From: Alphaproteobacteria bacterium
GTDB lineage: Bacteria; Pseudomonadota; Alphaproteobacteria; UBA828
Assembly: GCA_965221125.1 (NCBI GenBank)
Contig: CBDCRW010000003.1
Location: forward strand, 416,001 to 480,000
Length of the DNA: 64,000 nucleotides
Reading direction: 5' to 3'
In this document: one piece after another, positions 19,610-28,748 of the stretch
How the letters are laid out: every line of letters starts with the position of its first letter
How positions within the stretch are numbered: position 1 is the first letter of the stretch
The notes under the pieces: generated by a model
The model's input: the letters and a program-made list of their open reading frames with translations, nothing else
The model's database searches: none
What the model was told of the DNA's origin: nothing
Translations under genes and position numbers: made by a program

Positions 19610-21130
19610 CTATTCCTGACGCTCCGCGCCGAAGGCGCCGATTACATCGCCGTTGTTGAAGTTGCCGTGGAAGATGCCAGCCACTCCGGAGGGGTGACTT
19701 TCGGGATCACTGGGCGCCAGAGTATTGACCTCTCCCAGGAGGTGTCCGCTCCAGTTGCCCGGGTCGGCCGTGCCGGGCATGCCATTCCCGGCAACATCCT
19801 GGGTAGTTCCCGCGAATGAGGTGTATCCGTTACCGTCCGCAGCAAAATCCGCGCGCCCCAACTGGAGGCGCCAGTTCGAATCGATCGCCCCGTTGCCGTC
19901 CATGAAGTTGCTGATCGTGCCGCTGATCATGAACCGATCGTTTGGCGCAATACCACCACCGCCGAAGTTGGCCGAAAGCGTCACGCCGGCGGTGAACTGG
20001 CCGGTGCGCCGGCGCAGCACGACATTGTTCGCGTCGGTCCACCGTCTCACATATAGACCCGTCGTCGCGCCTGCGTAGGTCGCGCTGCCCTCCAGCATCC
20101 CGACGTCAGCGTAAGTTGGGTACTCAACGCCACCATAGAGACCACTGATCTCAAAGACGGGATCTCCGCCATCCGTCGTTTCGTTTATCCAGTAGCCGAA
20201 ATACACGTAGTCGGGATCGGGCACGTCGACCTCGGCGGCGGCGTCGGGCGTGAAGTACAGGTCGGCGCCCGCATCGACGCTGAGATTGCCGTCGGCATCG
20301 GTTGAAACGTCGCAGCCGCCCGCGGTGTTGCACCAGTACGTACCGTCAGCACCATCGAACCTGCCGTCGTATCCCATCCCCGTCGAGACATTCTCGGGAA
20401 CAGTCGTCGTGGTATTGGCCATCGTCGGGAATTCCGACACGTCGCTAGCCTGGGACGCGTTGCCAGAGTCGAACACCAACGATTGAGGATTGCCGCCGCT
20501 GTCCTGGTTGGTGTTCAGCATGTGCACGTCCGTAAACGGCACCCGCATCTCGTAAGCGGTGTTGCTGTAGATGACGAGCGTGTCCGTCATGGCAGGAGTC
20601 ATGCCCATCGGCTCGGTTTCCAGTTCTTGCACACTGGAAGTCCAGCCGTCGATATCGGCAACGACCGCGTCGGACATCTCATACCCGTAGCTGTCTGGAG
20701 GCGCCCCGTCATCTCCCAGAGGCGGCGCAGTCAAATGACCAGCATTGATCGCCATTTCGAGTGCTCGGTCCCTCGTGGTATTGGGATGGCCGGCATCGGA
20801 TGCCGTCACCACGCCGCCGCTCGACATGGCGGTGATCGTGCCGTCATCGGCGACCATCACCATGACCACGCAGTCGTCACCGCCGGGGGCACAGGAAAAC
20901 TCGATATCGCCGTGCGGCTCCGAGTACCCCGCCTCGATCTCGAGCATCATGGTTGCCTCAGCCCAGAAGCCGACCGTCACACCGGAGAGGTCCACGTTTT
21001 CTTTGGATGGTCCGTTCACTATCGGCGTCATGCCGTCACCGCCACCTCCGCCGCCGCAGGCCGATACGGCCACGGCGACCAAGGCAGACGCAGCAAGAGT
21101 CGTCACGTGTTTTTTCGCTGTCTCGAACAT
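19610..21130 (-). CDS. Surface lipoprotein with TbpB-like C-terminal beta-barrel (transferrin-binding-protein-like solute-binding family)
   Basis: Signal peptide with lipobox VSA-C followed by poly-Gly; acidic D/G/T-rich body; DYVYFGYW, GSATYAGATTGLY and terminal VIGAFGAE strands. Confidence 0.72.
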   Translation of the reverse strand: MFETAKKHVTTLAASALVAVAVSACGGGGGGDGMTPIVNGPSKENVDLSGVTVGFWAEATMMLEIEAGYSEPHGDIEFSCAPGGDDCVVMVMVADDGTITAMSSGGVVTASDAGHPNTTRDRALEMAINAGHLTAPPLGDDGAPPDSYGYEMSDAVVADIDGWTSSVQELETEPMGMTPAMTDTLVIYSNTAYEMRVPFTDVHMLNTNQDSGGNPQSLVFDSGNASQASDVSEFPTMANTTTTVPENVSTGMGYDGRFDGADGTYWCNTAGGCDVSTDADGNLSVDAGADLYFTPDAAAEVDVPDPDYVYFGYWINETTDGGDPVFEISGLYGGVEYPTYADVGMLEGSATYAGATTGLYVRRWTDANNVVLRRRTGQFTAGVTLSANFGGGGIAPNDRFMISGTISNFMDGNGAIDSNWRLQLGRADFAADGNGYTSFAGTTQDVAGNGMPGTADPGNWSGHLLGEVNTLAPSDPESHPSGVAGIFHGNFNNGDVIGAFGAERQE

Positions 21131-21277
21131 TGAAGCCTCCCCGTCTATGGCGAGGCCCCGCAGGAGGCCCCAGCCGACCAGATGCCCGCTCGGAACGGCC
21201 GATTGGAATCTGGGCCGCCCCGTGTCGCGTCGCTGGGCGCACTGCTCCGACTCTATGAAGCTCAACCGAGCGGCGCG

Positions 21278-21392
21278 CCTCCCAAACGGGAGGGGCATAA
21301 GAAAAGGTTTCGGAAAGAGTCGCTGCGCACAATCGACAGGGGGCGCCGGCTGCCCTCGACTTTGGGTGTTTCCCCTACCATTTGGGAGGCGC
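21278..21392. promoter_or_regulatory. Pair of palindromic operator-like sites CCTCCC-N4-GGGAGG (21278-21293) and CCTACC-N4-GGGAGG (21374-21389)
   Basis: Read directly, in the divergent intergenic region between the lipoprotein and the LuxR-type regulator. Confidence 0.55.
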
Positions 21393-21652
21393 ATGAAATC
21401 CGGACTTGCTTACCATCCAGCCAATGCGATGGCGTCATGCACTCTGTGAGGGGTGGTGCAGACCAAGATGGGGAAAACGCACCCTTATCGGACGCGCCGG
21501 CCGCCGGCCTTCATGGATTCAGGATGGTGGCGTGCATCGAGACGCCCTTTTCGTTCGCAAACGGGTGCGGGCGTGTCCGGCGGAGTCGGCCTGACGACGG
21601 TCGGCGACAAGAGGAATATTGCCAGGGATGAGGTCGCCGGAATGAACCCGAC

Positions 21653-22804
21653 ATGAGCGAGCAAGAGTTGTTTGAGCGGATCCTGGCGTCGCTGCACGAA
21701 GCCGCACTCGACGACGCTTACTGGCCCGCAACATCCGCTCTGATCGACGAGGCTTGCGGGTCCAAGGGCAACTCTCTCATCTTCGGCACCGGCGAGTCTC
21801 CGGGCCACATCGACGTTTTCTTCTTCTCGATCTGCCACCGTGGCCAGCTCCGGGAAGATCTGGAGCGTGAATATTTCGAGGACTACTACGCCGTAGACGA
21901 ACGCGTCCCCCGGGTCCGGCAATTGGCCGACAGCCAACTGGTGCAAACATCCTCCCTCTACACCGACGAGGAGTTGAAGACCTCACCGGCATACAATGAG
22001 GCGCTTCTCAAAACGGAGGGACAGAACAGCCTCAACGTGCGTCTCGACGGGCCTAACGGCTCGCGCATCGCACTGAACATCTTTGATCCTATCGATGGAA
22101 ACGGCTGGTCGAGCGCCCGGGTCGAAACGATCAAGCGTCTGCTGCCCCACATCCGTCAGTTCGTCCGGGTCAGGCAGGCGCTGGTCGATGCGCGGGCACT
22201 GGGATCGTCCCTCACCGCGCTGCTGGAACAGACCAATCTCGGCGTCATCTGGCTTGACCGGCGGGGACGCATCGCGGCGGCGAACGACCGTGCCCGCGAC
22301 GTCCTGCGCGGCGGCGACGGGCTGGCGGACCGGGATGGCCTTCTGCACGCCTCGTCATCGAAGGACGATGCTGCTCTCCAGAGCCTGCTGGCCCGGGTAC
22401 TGCCGCCCTTCGGAGGCCGGGGCGTCGGCGGCTCGATAACGGTGAGACGCGGGGTCGTCTCGCCGCGGCTCGTGGTGCATGCCGTTCCCGTGGAAGATCA
22501 GCGGATGGACGGGCGTCCCAGCGGCGTCGCCGCGCTCGTGCTGGTGGTCGATCCGGCGAGCCGGGGACGTGTCGATCCCGCCCTGGTGAGAGCCATGCTC
22601 GGACTCACGCCGGCGGAGAGCCAGGTGGCCGTGATGCTGGCTCAGGGATACACCATCCGAAACATCGCCGCCGCGACGGAGCGGGGCGAGGGCACCATCC
22701 GCTGGCACACCAAGCAGATCTTCGGGAAGCTGGGCATTTCCAGCCAGATGGAACTCGTGCAACTGGTGCTGTCGCTGTCCGACCTTCCGCAAGCGCAGCG
22801 CTAG
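21653..22804 (+). CDS. LuxR-type HTH transcriptional regulator with GAF/PAS-like N-terminal region
   Basis: C-terminal GLTPAESQVAVMLAQG...TIRWHTKQIFGKLGISSQMELV; PAS-like IWLDRRGRIAAAN. Confidence 0.88.
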   Translation: MSEQELFERILASLHEAALDDAYWPATSALIDEACGSKGNSLIFGTGESPGHIDVFFFSICHRGQLREDLEREYFEDYYAVDERVPRVRQLADSQLVQTSSLYTDEELKTSPAYNEALLKTEGQNSLNVRLDGPNGSRIALNIFDPIDGNGWSSARVETIKRLLPHIRQFVRVRQALVDARALGSSLTALLEQTNLGVIWLDRRGRIAAANDRARDVLRGGDGLADRDGLLHASSSKDDAALQSLLARVLPPFGGRGVGGSITVRRGVVSPRLVVHAVPVEDQRMDGRPSGVAALVLVVDPASRGRVDPALVRAMLGLTPAESQVAVMLAQGYTIRNIAAATERGEGTIRWHTKQIFGKLGISSQMELVQLVLSLSDLPQAQR

Positions 22805-22876
22805 TCGGCTCTGGCGGGCGTCACGGCCCCTCCCTAGAATGACGGCTCACGACGATGGCTGGGCAACAGCTGCCAG

Positions 22877-23926
22877 ATGTCCCCACACCCTTCGACCACG
22901 CCCGTGCGCGCGCCGCACCGCTTCGACCAGGCGGCGCTGGAGCGCCATCTCGCCACGCACGTGCCAGACGCGGTGCCGATCCAGGGCGTGAGCCAGTTCG
23001 CGGCGGGGCAATCCAACCCGACCTACCTGATCGAGGGGCCCGAAAGGCGCTTCGTGCTGCGCAAGAAGCCGCCGGGGACGCTGCTGCCCTCCGCCCACCT
23101 GGTCGAGCGCGAGTACCGCATCCTCGCCGCCCTCGCCGGAACGGACGTGCCCGTGCCGCAGGTCCATCACCTGTGCGAGGACACCGCCATCATCGGCACG
23201 GCCTTCTACGTCATGGACCACGTCGACGGCGCGGTCGACCAGGATCCGGCGTGGCCCGCGCTCGGGCCGGCTGAGCGGGGCGCGGTCTACCGCTCGATGG
23301 CGGACGTGCTGGCGCGGCTGCACCGGGTCGACTGGCGCGGGCTCGGCCTCGCCGACTTCGGCCGCGAGGGCAACTACATCGCCCGCCAGATCCGCCGCTG
23401 GAGCGGCCAGTACGACGCCTCGCGCACCGACGAGATACCCGAGATGGACCGCCTGCTGGCGTGGCTGCCCGACCACATCCCGGACGACGACGAGACCACC
23501 ATCGTCCACGGCGACTACCGGCCGGGGAACCTGATCGTGCACGCGGACGAGCCGCGCGTCGCCGCGGTGCTCGACTGGGAGCTGAGCACTTTGGGTCATC
23601 CGCTGAGCGACCTCGCCCACAACTGCCTGGCCTTCTCGATCCCCCGTGGCGCGTCGGCGCTACCGGGGCTGGGCGGCGCGGATTTCGGGGCGCTCGGGCT
23701 GCCGGGGGAGGAGGCGCACCGGGACGCCTACTGCGCGCGCGCAGGGAGAGGCGAGATCGCCGAATGGCGCTTCTACATGGCCTTCGCCTTCTTCCGCATG
23801 GCGGCGATCTGCCAGGGGGTGTACGCGCGCGGCCTCCAGGGCAATGCCAGCGCGCCCAACGCGCACGAGTACGGCGACAGGGCGCGGGTCCTCGCCGAGC
23901 TGGGGTGGGAGAAGGCCTCTAGATAG
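22877..23926 (+). CDS. Phosphotransferase (APH-fold, ACAD10/11-like) family protein
   Basis: GQSNPTY, LRKKPPG, HGDYRPGN, VLDWELSTLGHP. Confidence 0.9.
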   Translation: MSPHPSTTPVRAPHRFDQAALERHLATHVPDAVPIQGVSQFAAGQSNPTYLIEGPERRFVLRKKPPGTLLPSAHLVEREYRILAALAGTDVPVPQVHHLCEDTAIIGTAFYVMDHVDGAVDQDPAWPALGPAERGAVYRSMADVLARLHRVDWRGLGLADFGREGNYIARQIRRWSGQYDASRTDEIPEMDRLLAWLPDHIPDDDETTIVHGDYRPGNLIVHADEPRVAAVLDWELSTLGHPLSDLAHNCLAFSIPRGASALPGLGGADFGALGLPGEEAHRDAYCARAGRGEIAEWRFYMAFAFFRMAAICQGVYARGLQGNASAPNAHEYGDRARVLAELGWEKASR

Positions 23927-23928
23927 AG

Positions 23929-24038
23929 TTTGTCGCTCACGGCAGGCGACCTTCGGTCGCCGCCTCCGCGAGGGCGCCGCATTCGCGGCGGGCCGCTTCC
24001 GCGGCCTGTCGCGAGTCCGCCAAAGACGGACTCGCTCC
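23929..24038 (+). repeat. Multi-hairpin repeat family A, copy 1
   Basis: TCGCTCACGGCAG...CGCCTCCGCGAGGGCGCCGCATTCGCGGCGGGCCGC...terminal hairpin; shared with 34502, 36972 and 47386. Confidence 0.85.
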
Positions 24039-24069
24039 CAGCAACTCACGCGAAGGGCAACGCGCGAGT

Positions 24070-25050
24070 TCAGACCCGGTAGTGCTCGCGGTACCAGGCG
24101 ACGAAGCGGGGGAGCCCGTCGGCGATGGTGGTGCTGGGCGCGAAGCCGTGATCGCGCTCGATCGCGCCGATGTCGGCCCAGGTCTCCGCGATATCGCCGG
24201 GCTGCATCGGCGCGAACTCGATCACCGCCTTGCGGCCGATGGCGCGCTCCAGGACGGCGACGTAGTCGGTGAGCGCCTCGGGCCGGTTGTTGCCCACGTT
24301 GTAGATGCGGTGGGGAACGGCGCCCTCGCCCGCTGGCGGCGCGTCGAGCACGCCGAGCACCGCCGGCACCACGTCGTCGATATAGGTGAAGTCGCGCTTC
24401 ATGCGGCCGTGGTTGAAGAGCGTGATCGGCCGGCCCGCCAGGATGGCCTGCGTGAAGATGAAGGCGGCCATGTCCGGGCGCCCCCAGGGGCCGTAGACCG
24501 TGAAGAAGCGAAGCCCGGTCGCCGGCACCGCGAAGAGATGCCCGTAGACGTGGCCGATCAGCTCGCCCGCCTTCTTGCTCGCCGCGTAGAGCGAGATGGG
24601 GCTGTCGACGCGGGCATCGGTCGAGAATGGGACCTCGGCGACGCCGCCGTAGACCGAGCTGGAGCTGGCGTAGACGACGTGCTCGAGCGCGGGCAACGAG
24701 CGGCACAGCTCCAGCATCACGACCTGACCCATCACGTTGGCCTGCACGTAGGCGTAGGGGTCCACCAGGGAATGGCGGACCCCGGCCTGGGCGGCGAGAT
24801 GGACGATGCGGGTGATGGACTTGCGCGCCGGCCGGGTCGCCGCGGCCATGGCCTCGCGGTCGGAAATGTCGGCGCGGGCGAAATCGAAGCCGCCGTGCGG
24901 CTCCAGCAGGGCGAGCCGCGCCTCCTTGAGGCGGACGTCGTAGTAGTCGTTCAGGTTGTCGATGCCGAGGACGCGCTCGCCCCGCGCCAGCAGCGCCCGG
25001 CAGACGTGAAAGCCGATGAAGCCGGCGGCCCCGGTCACGAGGATCGTCAT
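24070..25050 (-). CDS. NAD-dependent epimerase (UDP-glucuronate 4-epimerase-like)
   Basis: TGAAGFIG, HLAAQAGVR, YAASKK, LRFFTVYGPWGRPDMA. Confidence 0.92.
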   Translation of the reverse strand: MTILVTGAAGFIGFHVCRALLARGERVLGIDNLNDYYDVRLKEARLALLEPHGGFDFARADISDREAMAAATRPARKSITRIVHLAAQAGVRHSLVDPYAYVQANVMGQVVMLELCRSLPALEHVVYASSSSVYGGVAEVPFSTDARVDSPISLYAASKKAGELIGHVYGHLFAVPATGLRFFTVYGPWGRPDMAAFIFTQAILAGRPITLFNHGRMKRDFTYIDDVVPAVLGVLDAPPAGEGAVPHRIYNVGNNRPEALTDYVAVLERAIGRKAVIEFAPMQPGDIAETWADIGAIERDHGFAPSTTIADGLPRFVAWYREHYRV

Positions 25051-25218
25051 GCGGCAGGCACCTCCCGGTCATTGTGGCCAGAGCGCCGGGATACCGTTTG
25101 ACAAAGCGCCGGTCGCGCGCGCATAGCCTGCCGGCGGTCCCGCTTGCGCGCCATTGTCGGCGGATCGGCGGCGCGGGCAAGCGCGGGGGCCTTTCGTTCA
25201 CCGCTCGGGCGCTACTCC

Positions 25219-26478
25219 ATGCGCGTTGCTGTCATCGGTCTCGGCTACGTCGGCCTGCCTCTCGCGGTGGCGTTGAGCGAGCACGAGGAGACGCTGGGCT
25301 ACGACATCAGCGGCGCCCGGATCGAGGAGTTGAGCCAAGGCCACGACCGGACCGGCGAGCTGTCGCCCGCGCGCTTGGCCGCCACAAGCCTCCGCCTCTC
25401 CGCGGACGCCGACGACATCGCGGGCTCGGACATCTTCATCGTCGCCGTGCCGACGCCGATCGACGCGGAGAAGCGGCCCGATCTCGGCGCCGTCGAGGCC
25501 GCGTCGCGCACCGTGGGCGCCCGCCTCGCCAGGGGCGCCGTCGTGGTCTACGAGAGCACCGTCTGGCCGGGGGTCACGGAAGACATCTGCGTGCCGCTGC
25601 TGGAGCGCGAATCCGGGCTCGCCGCCGGCACGGACTTTCACGTCGGCTACGCGCCGGAGCGCATGAACCCCGGCGATCCCGAACACGGCCTCGAGCGCAT
25701 CGCCAAGGTCGTCGCCGGCCAGACGCCGGAGATCGCCGCCCGGCTCGCCGCCCTCTACGGCAGGATCAACGACGGCAACGTCTTCGTCGCCCGCGACATC
25801 CGCACCGCCGAGGCCGCCAAGGTGATCGAGAACGCCCAGCGCGACATCAACATCGCCTTCATCAACGAGGTCTCGCAGATTTTTTGCTCGCTGGGGCTCT
25901 CGACCCACGACGTGCTCGACGCCGCGCGGACCAAGTGGAACTTTCTGGACTTCCAGCCGGGGCTGGTGGGCGGGCACTGCATCGGCGTCGATCCCTACTA
26001 CCTGGCCCACCGCGCGGCGGAGATCGGCCACGACCCGCAGATCATCCTCGCCGGGCGGCGCACCAACGACGCGATGGGGACCTTCATCGTCGAAGAGATC
26101 GCCCGCCGCCTGGAGCCCCCGCACGGGCCGGTGCTGGTGCTCGGAATCACGTTCAAGGAAAACATAGCGGACGTTCGCAACTCGCAGGTGCCGGGCATGG
26201 TCGCGGCGCTCGAAGCGCGCGGCATCGAGACGGACGTGCACGACCCCTTGGCCGACGTGGGGGAGGTCGAGCGCCGCTTTGGCATCCGGCTGCTGCCGCA
26301 GCTCGAGAGCGCGGGGCCTTACGCCTGCGTGCTGGGGGCCGTGGCCCACGCGCCCTACCGCGCGCTCGGCGCGGCGACCCTCGCCGGCCTGCTCGCGCCG
26401 CACGGACTCGTGGCCGACATCAAGAACATGTGGCGGGACGTCGCGCTGCCGGAGGGGCTCCGCCGCTGGACGCTGTGA
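25219..26478 (+). CDS. Nucleotide-sugar dehydrogenase (TviB/WbpO-like)
   Basis: IGLGYVGLPLA, ERMNPGD, ENAQRDINIA, PGLVGGHCIGVDPYYL. Confidence 0.92.
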   Translation: MRVAVIGLGYVGLPLAVALSEHEETLGYDISGARIEELSQGHDRTGELSPARLAATSLRLSADADDIAGSDIFIVAVPTPIDAEKRPDLGAVEAASRTVGARLARGAVVVYESTVWPGVTEDICVPLLERESGLAAGTDFHVGYAPERMNPGDPEHGLERIAKVVAGQTPEIAARLAALYGRINDGNVFVARDIRTAEAAKVIENAQRDINIAFINEVSQIFCSLGLSTHDVLDAARTKWNFLDFQPGLVGGHCIGVDPYYLAHRAAEIGHDPQIILAGRRTNDAMGTFIVEEIARRLEPPHGPVLVLGITFKENIADVRNSQVPGMVAALEARGIETDVHDPLADVGEVERRFGIRLLPQLESAGPYACVLGAVAHAPYRALGAATLAGLLAPHGLVADIKNMWRDVALPEGLRRWTL

Positions 26479-26482
26479 GCGG

Positions 26483-27163
26483 CTAGCGCGGGAAGAGCCG
26501 CTCGATCGAGGCCGGCAGCTCGGCGAAATCGTCGATCACCGCGTCGGCGCCCAGATCGTGCGGCGGGGTCGGGCTGTAGCCGTAGGCGGTCACGATGGCG
26601 GCGACGCCCGCGCCCTGCGCGGAGTCCACGTCCGCCGCGCTGTCGCCGACCATGACGGCGCGCGCCGGCTCGGCGCCGAGGGCGGCCAGCGCCTCGCGAA
26701 CGTGGCCGGGATCGGGCTTCATCCTTTCGACCGTGTCGCCGGCGAGCACGGCCTCGATGTGGCGGTCGATCGCGAAGTGGGCGAGCAGGCGGCGGGTGGA
26801 TTTCTCTCCCCTGTTGGTGCAGACGGCGAGCGAGACGCCGGCCTCGCGCAGGCGCTCGATGGTGGCGACCACCGCGGGGAAGGGCCGGATGCGCTCGGTC
26901 TCGATCTCGAAGTAATAGGCGATGAGCTGCTGGATCAGGCGCCGCAGCGCCGCGTCGTCGGGCCGCTCCGCCCCCTGCGCGTCCAGCGCCGCGAGCAGGA
27001 GGCGCTTCGCGCCCGCACCGGCGCGCTGGCGGAAGTCGCCGAAGGGGACCGGCGCGTGGCCGAGCTCCGCCAGAGTCCGGTTGAGCGCCGCGATGAGATC
27101 GGGCGCGGTGTCGAAGAGCGTCCCGTCGAAGTCGAGGAGGACCGCGTCCACATGCTCACGCAT
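26483..27163 (-). CDS. gph: HAD-family phosphatase (phosphoglycolate phosphatase-like)
   Basis: LLDFDGTL, KPDP, MVGDS; divergent from glmU. Confidence 0.8.
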   Translation of the reverse strand: MREHVDAVLLDFDGTLFDTAPDLIAALNRTLAELGHAPVPFGDFRQRAGAGAKRLLLAALDAQGAERPDDAALRRLIQQLIAYYFEIETERIRPFPAVVATIERLREAGVSLAVCTNRGEKSTRRLLAHFAIDRHIEAVLAGDTVERMKPDPGHVREALAALGAEPARAVMVGDSAADVDSAQGAGVAAIVTAYGYSPTPPHDLGADAVIDDFAELPASIERLFPR

Positions 27164-27368
27164 CGCACCGATGGTGCGGGAAGGCCCGCGCATTGACAAG
27201 GCGGCGCGGGGCCGCGCGTAGGCCGGGCGTGCTATGATGTGAGTCGTCGCGCGGTATTCCACCGATCTGCGTTGGGCATCCCTGAACGAATGAGACATCG
27301 GGCGTGAGGCAAGCGGTCTCCCATCGCACGCGTCGCCGGCGGGCGCGCACCCTGCCGCGGAGGCGCGG

Positions 27369-28721
27369 GTGAGCGGGCTTGCCTGCGTCGTGCTCGCTGC
27401 GGGCAAGGGGACGCGCATGCGCTCGGCCCTGCCCAAGGTCCTGCATCCGCTCGCCGGGCGGCCGATGGTGGAGCATGTGCTGGCGAATGTCCGCACGCTT
27501 GCGCCCGAGCGCACGGTGCTGGTGATCGGGCCCGAGCTGGAGGCCGCAGCGAGCGGCCTGGAAGGGGGCGACGGCGGGGTTGCCTGCGTGATGCAGGAGG
27601 AGCCGCTGGGTACCGCCCACGCCGTGGCGCAGGCACGCCCGGTGCTCGAGGACTTCGGCGGCGACGTGATCGTGGTCTATGCGGATACGCCGCTGGTCCG
27701 CGCCGAGACCCTGGAACGGCTCGTCCGGGCCCGGCGGGAGGGCGAGGCCGCCGCTGCCGTGCTGGGCTTCCGGCCGGAGGACCCGGCCGAGTACGGCCGC
27801 CTGATCCTGGGACCGGACGGGACGCTCGCGCGCATCGTCGAATACGCCGAGGCCAGCGCGGAGGAGCGCGCGGTCACGCTCTGCAACGCCGGCATGATGG
27901 CGATCGACGGGCAAAAACTCTTCCCGCTGCTGGATGCCATCGGCAACGACAACGCCAAGGGCGAGTACTACCTGACCGATCTGCCGGCCGTCGTCGCGGC
28001 GGAGGGCGGCGCCTGCGCGGTCGCCGAGGCGCCGGCCGAGGAGGTCATGGGCATCAACGACCGCGCCCAGCTTGCCGCCGCCGAGCGCGTCGTTCAGGAC
28101 CGCCTCCGCCAGGCCGGCATGGAAGGGGGTGCCACGCTGATCGACCCCGCCACCGTCTGGCTCAGCGCCGACACGCGCCTCGGCTCAGACGTGACCATCG
28201 GGCCCAACGTCGCCATCGGCCCCGCCGTCGTCATCGAGGACGGCGCCGAGATCAGGCCCTTCAGCCACCTGGAGGGCGTCCGCGTGCGCCGGAATGCCGT
28301 TATCGGCCCGTTCGCGCGGCTCCGGCCCGGCAGCGATATCGGCGAAGGCGCCCGGGTCGGCAACTTCGTCGAGTTGAAGAACAGCACGGTGGAGCGCGGC
28401 GCCAAGATCAACCACCTGAGCTACGTCGGCGATGCCGGCGTCGGCGCGGGCGCCAACATCGGCGCCGGCACCATCACCTGCAACTACGACGGCTACCGCA
28501 AGTCGCGGACCGAGATCGGCGACGGCGCCTTCATCGGCTCCAACACGGCGCTGGTGGCGCCGGTCACTATCGGCCCCGGCGCGGTCGTGGGCGCGGGCAG
28601 CGTGATCACCGAGGACGTCGACGCCGACGCCATCGCCGTCGCCAGGGGCGAGCAGCGCCAGCGCGAGGGCGCGGCGGCCAGGCGTCGTGAGCGGCGCCGA
28701 CCCGGCGAGACGCAGGACTAG
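27369..28721 (+). CDS. glmU: Bifunctional UDP-GlcNAc pyrophosphorylase / glucosamine-1-P acetyltransferase
   Basis: LAAGKGTRMRSALPKVLH, GEYYLTD, hexapeptide repeats, ITCNYDG. Confidence 0.97.
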   Translation: MSGLACVVLAAGKGTRMRSALPKVLHPLAGRPMVEHVLANVRTLAPERTVLVIGPELEAAASGLEGGDGGVACVMQEEPLGTAHAVAQARPVLEDFGGDVIVVYADTPLVRAETLERLVRARREGEAAAAVLGFRPEDPAEYGRLILGPDGTLARIVEYAEASAEERAVTLCNAGMMAIDGQKLFPLLDAIGNDNAKGEYYLTDLPAVVAAEGGACAVAEAPAEEVMGINDRAQLAAAERVVQDRLRQAGMEGGATLIDPATVWLSADTRLGSDVTIGPNVAIGPAVVIEDGAEIRPFSHLEGVRVRRNAVIGPFARLRPGSDIGEGARVGNFVELKNSTVERGAKINHLSYVGDAGVGAGANIGAGTITCNYDGYRKSRTEIGDGAFIGSNTALVAPVTIGPGAVVGAGSVITEDVDADAIAVARGEQRQREGAAARRRERRRPGETQD

Positions 28722-28748
28722 GCGAAGCTTGAAGGGAGTGCGGGAAGC

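Noticed and set aside
22877-23926. Aminoglycoside resistance gene
   Set aside because: Motifs match the ACAD10/11-like metabolic phosphotransferase group, not a resistance APH.
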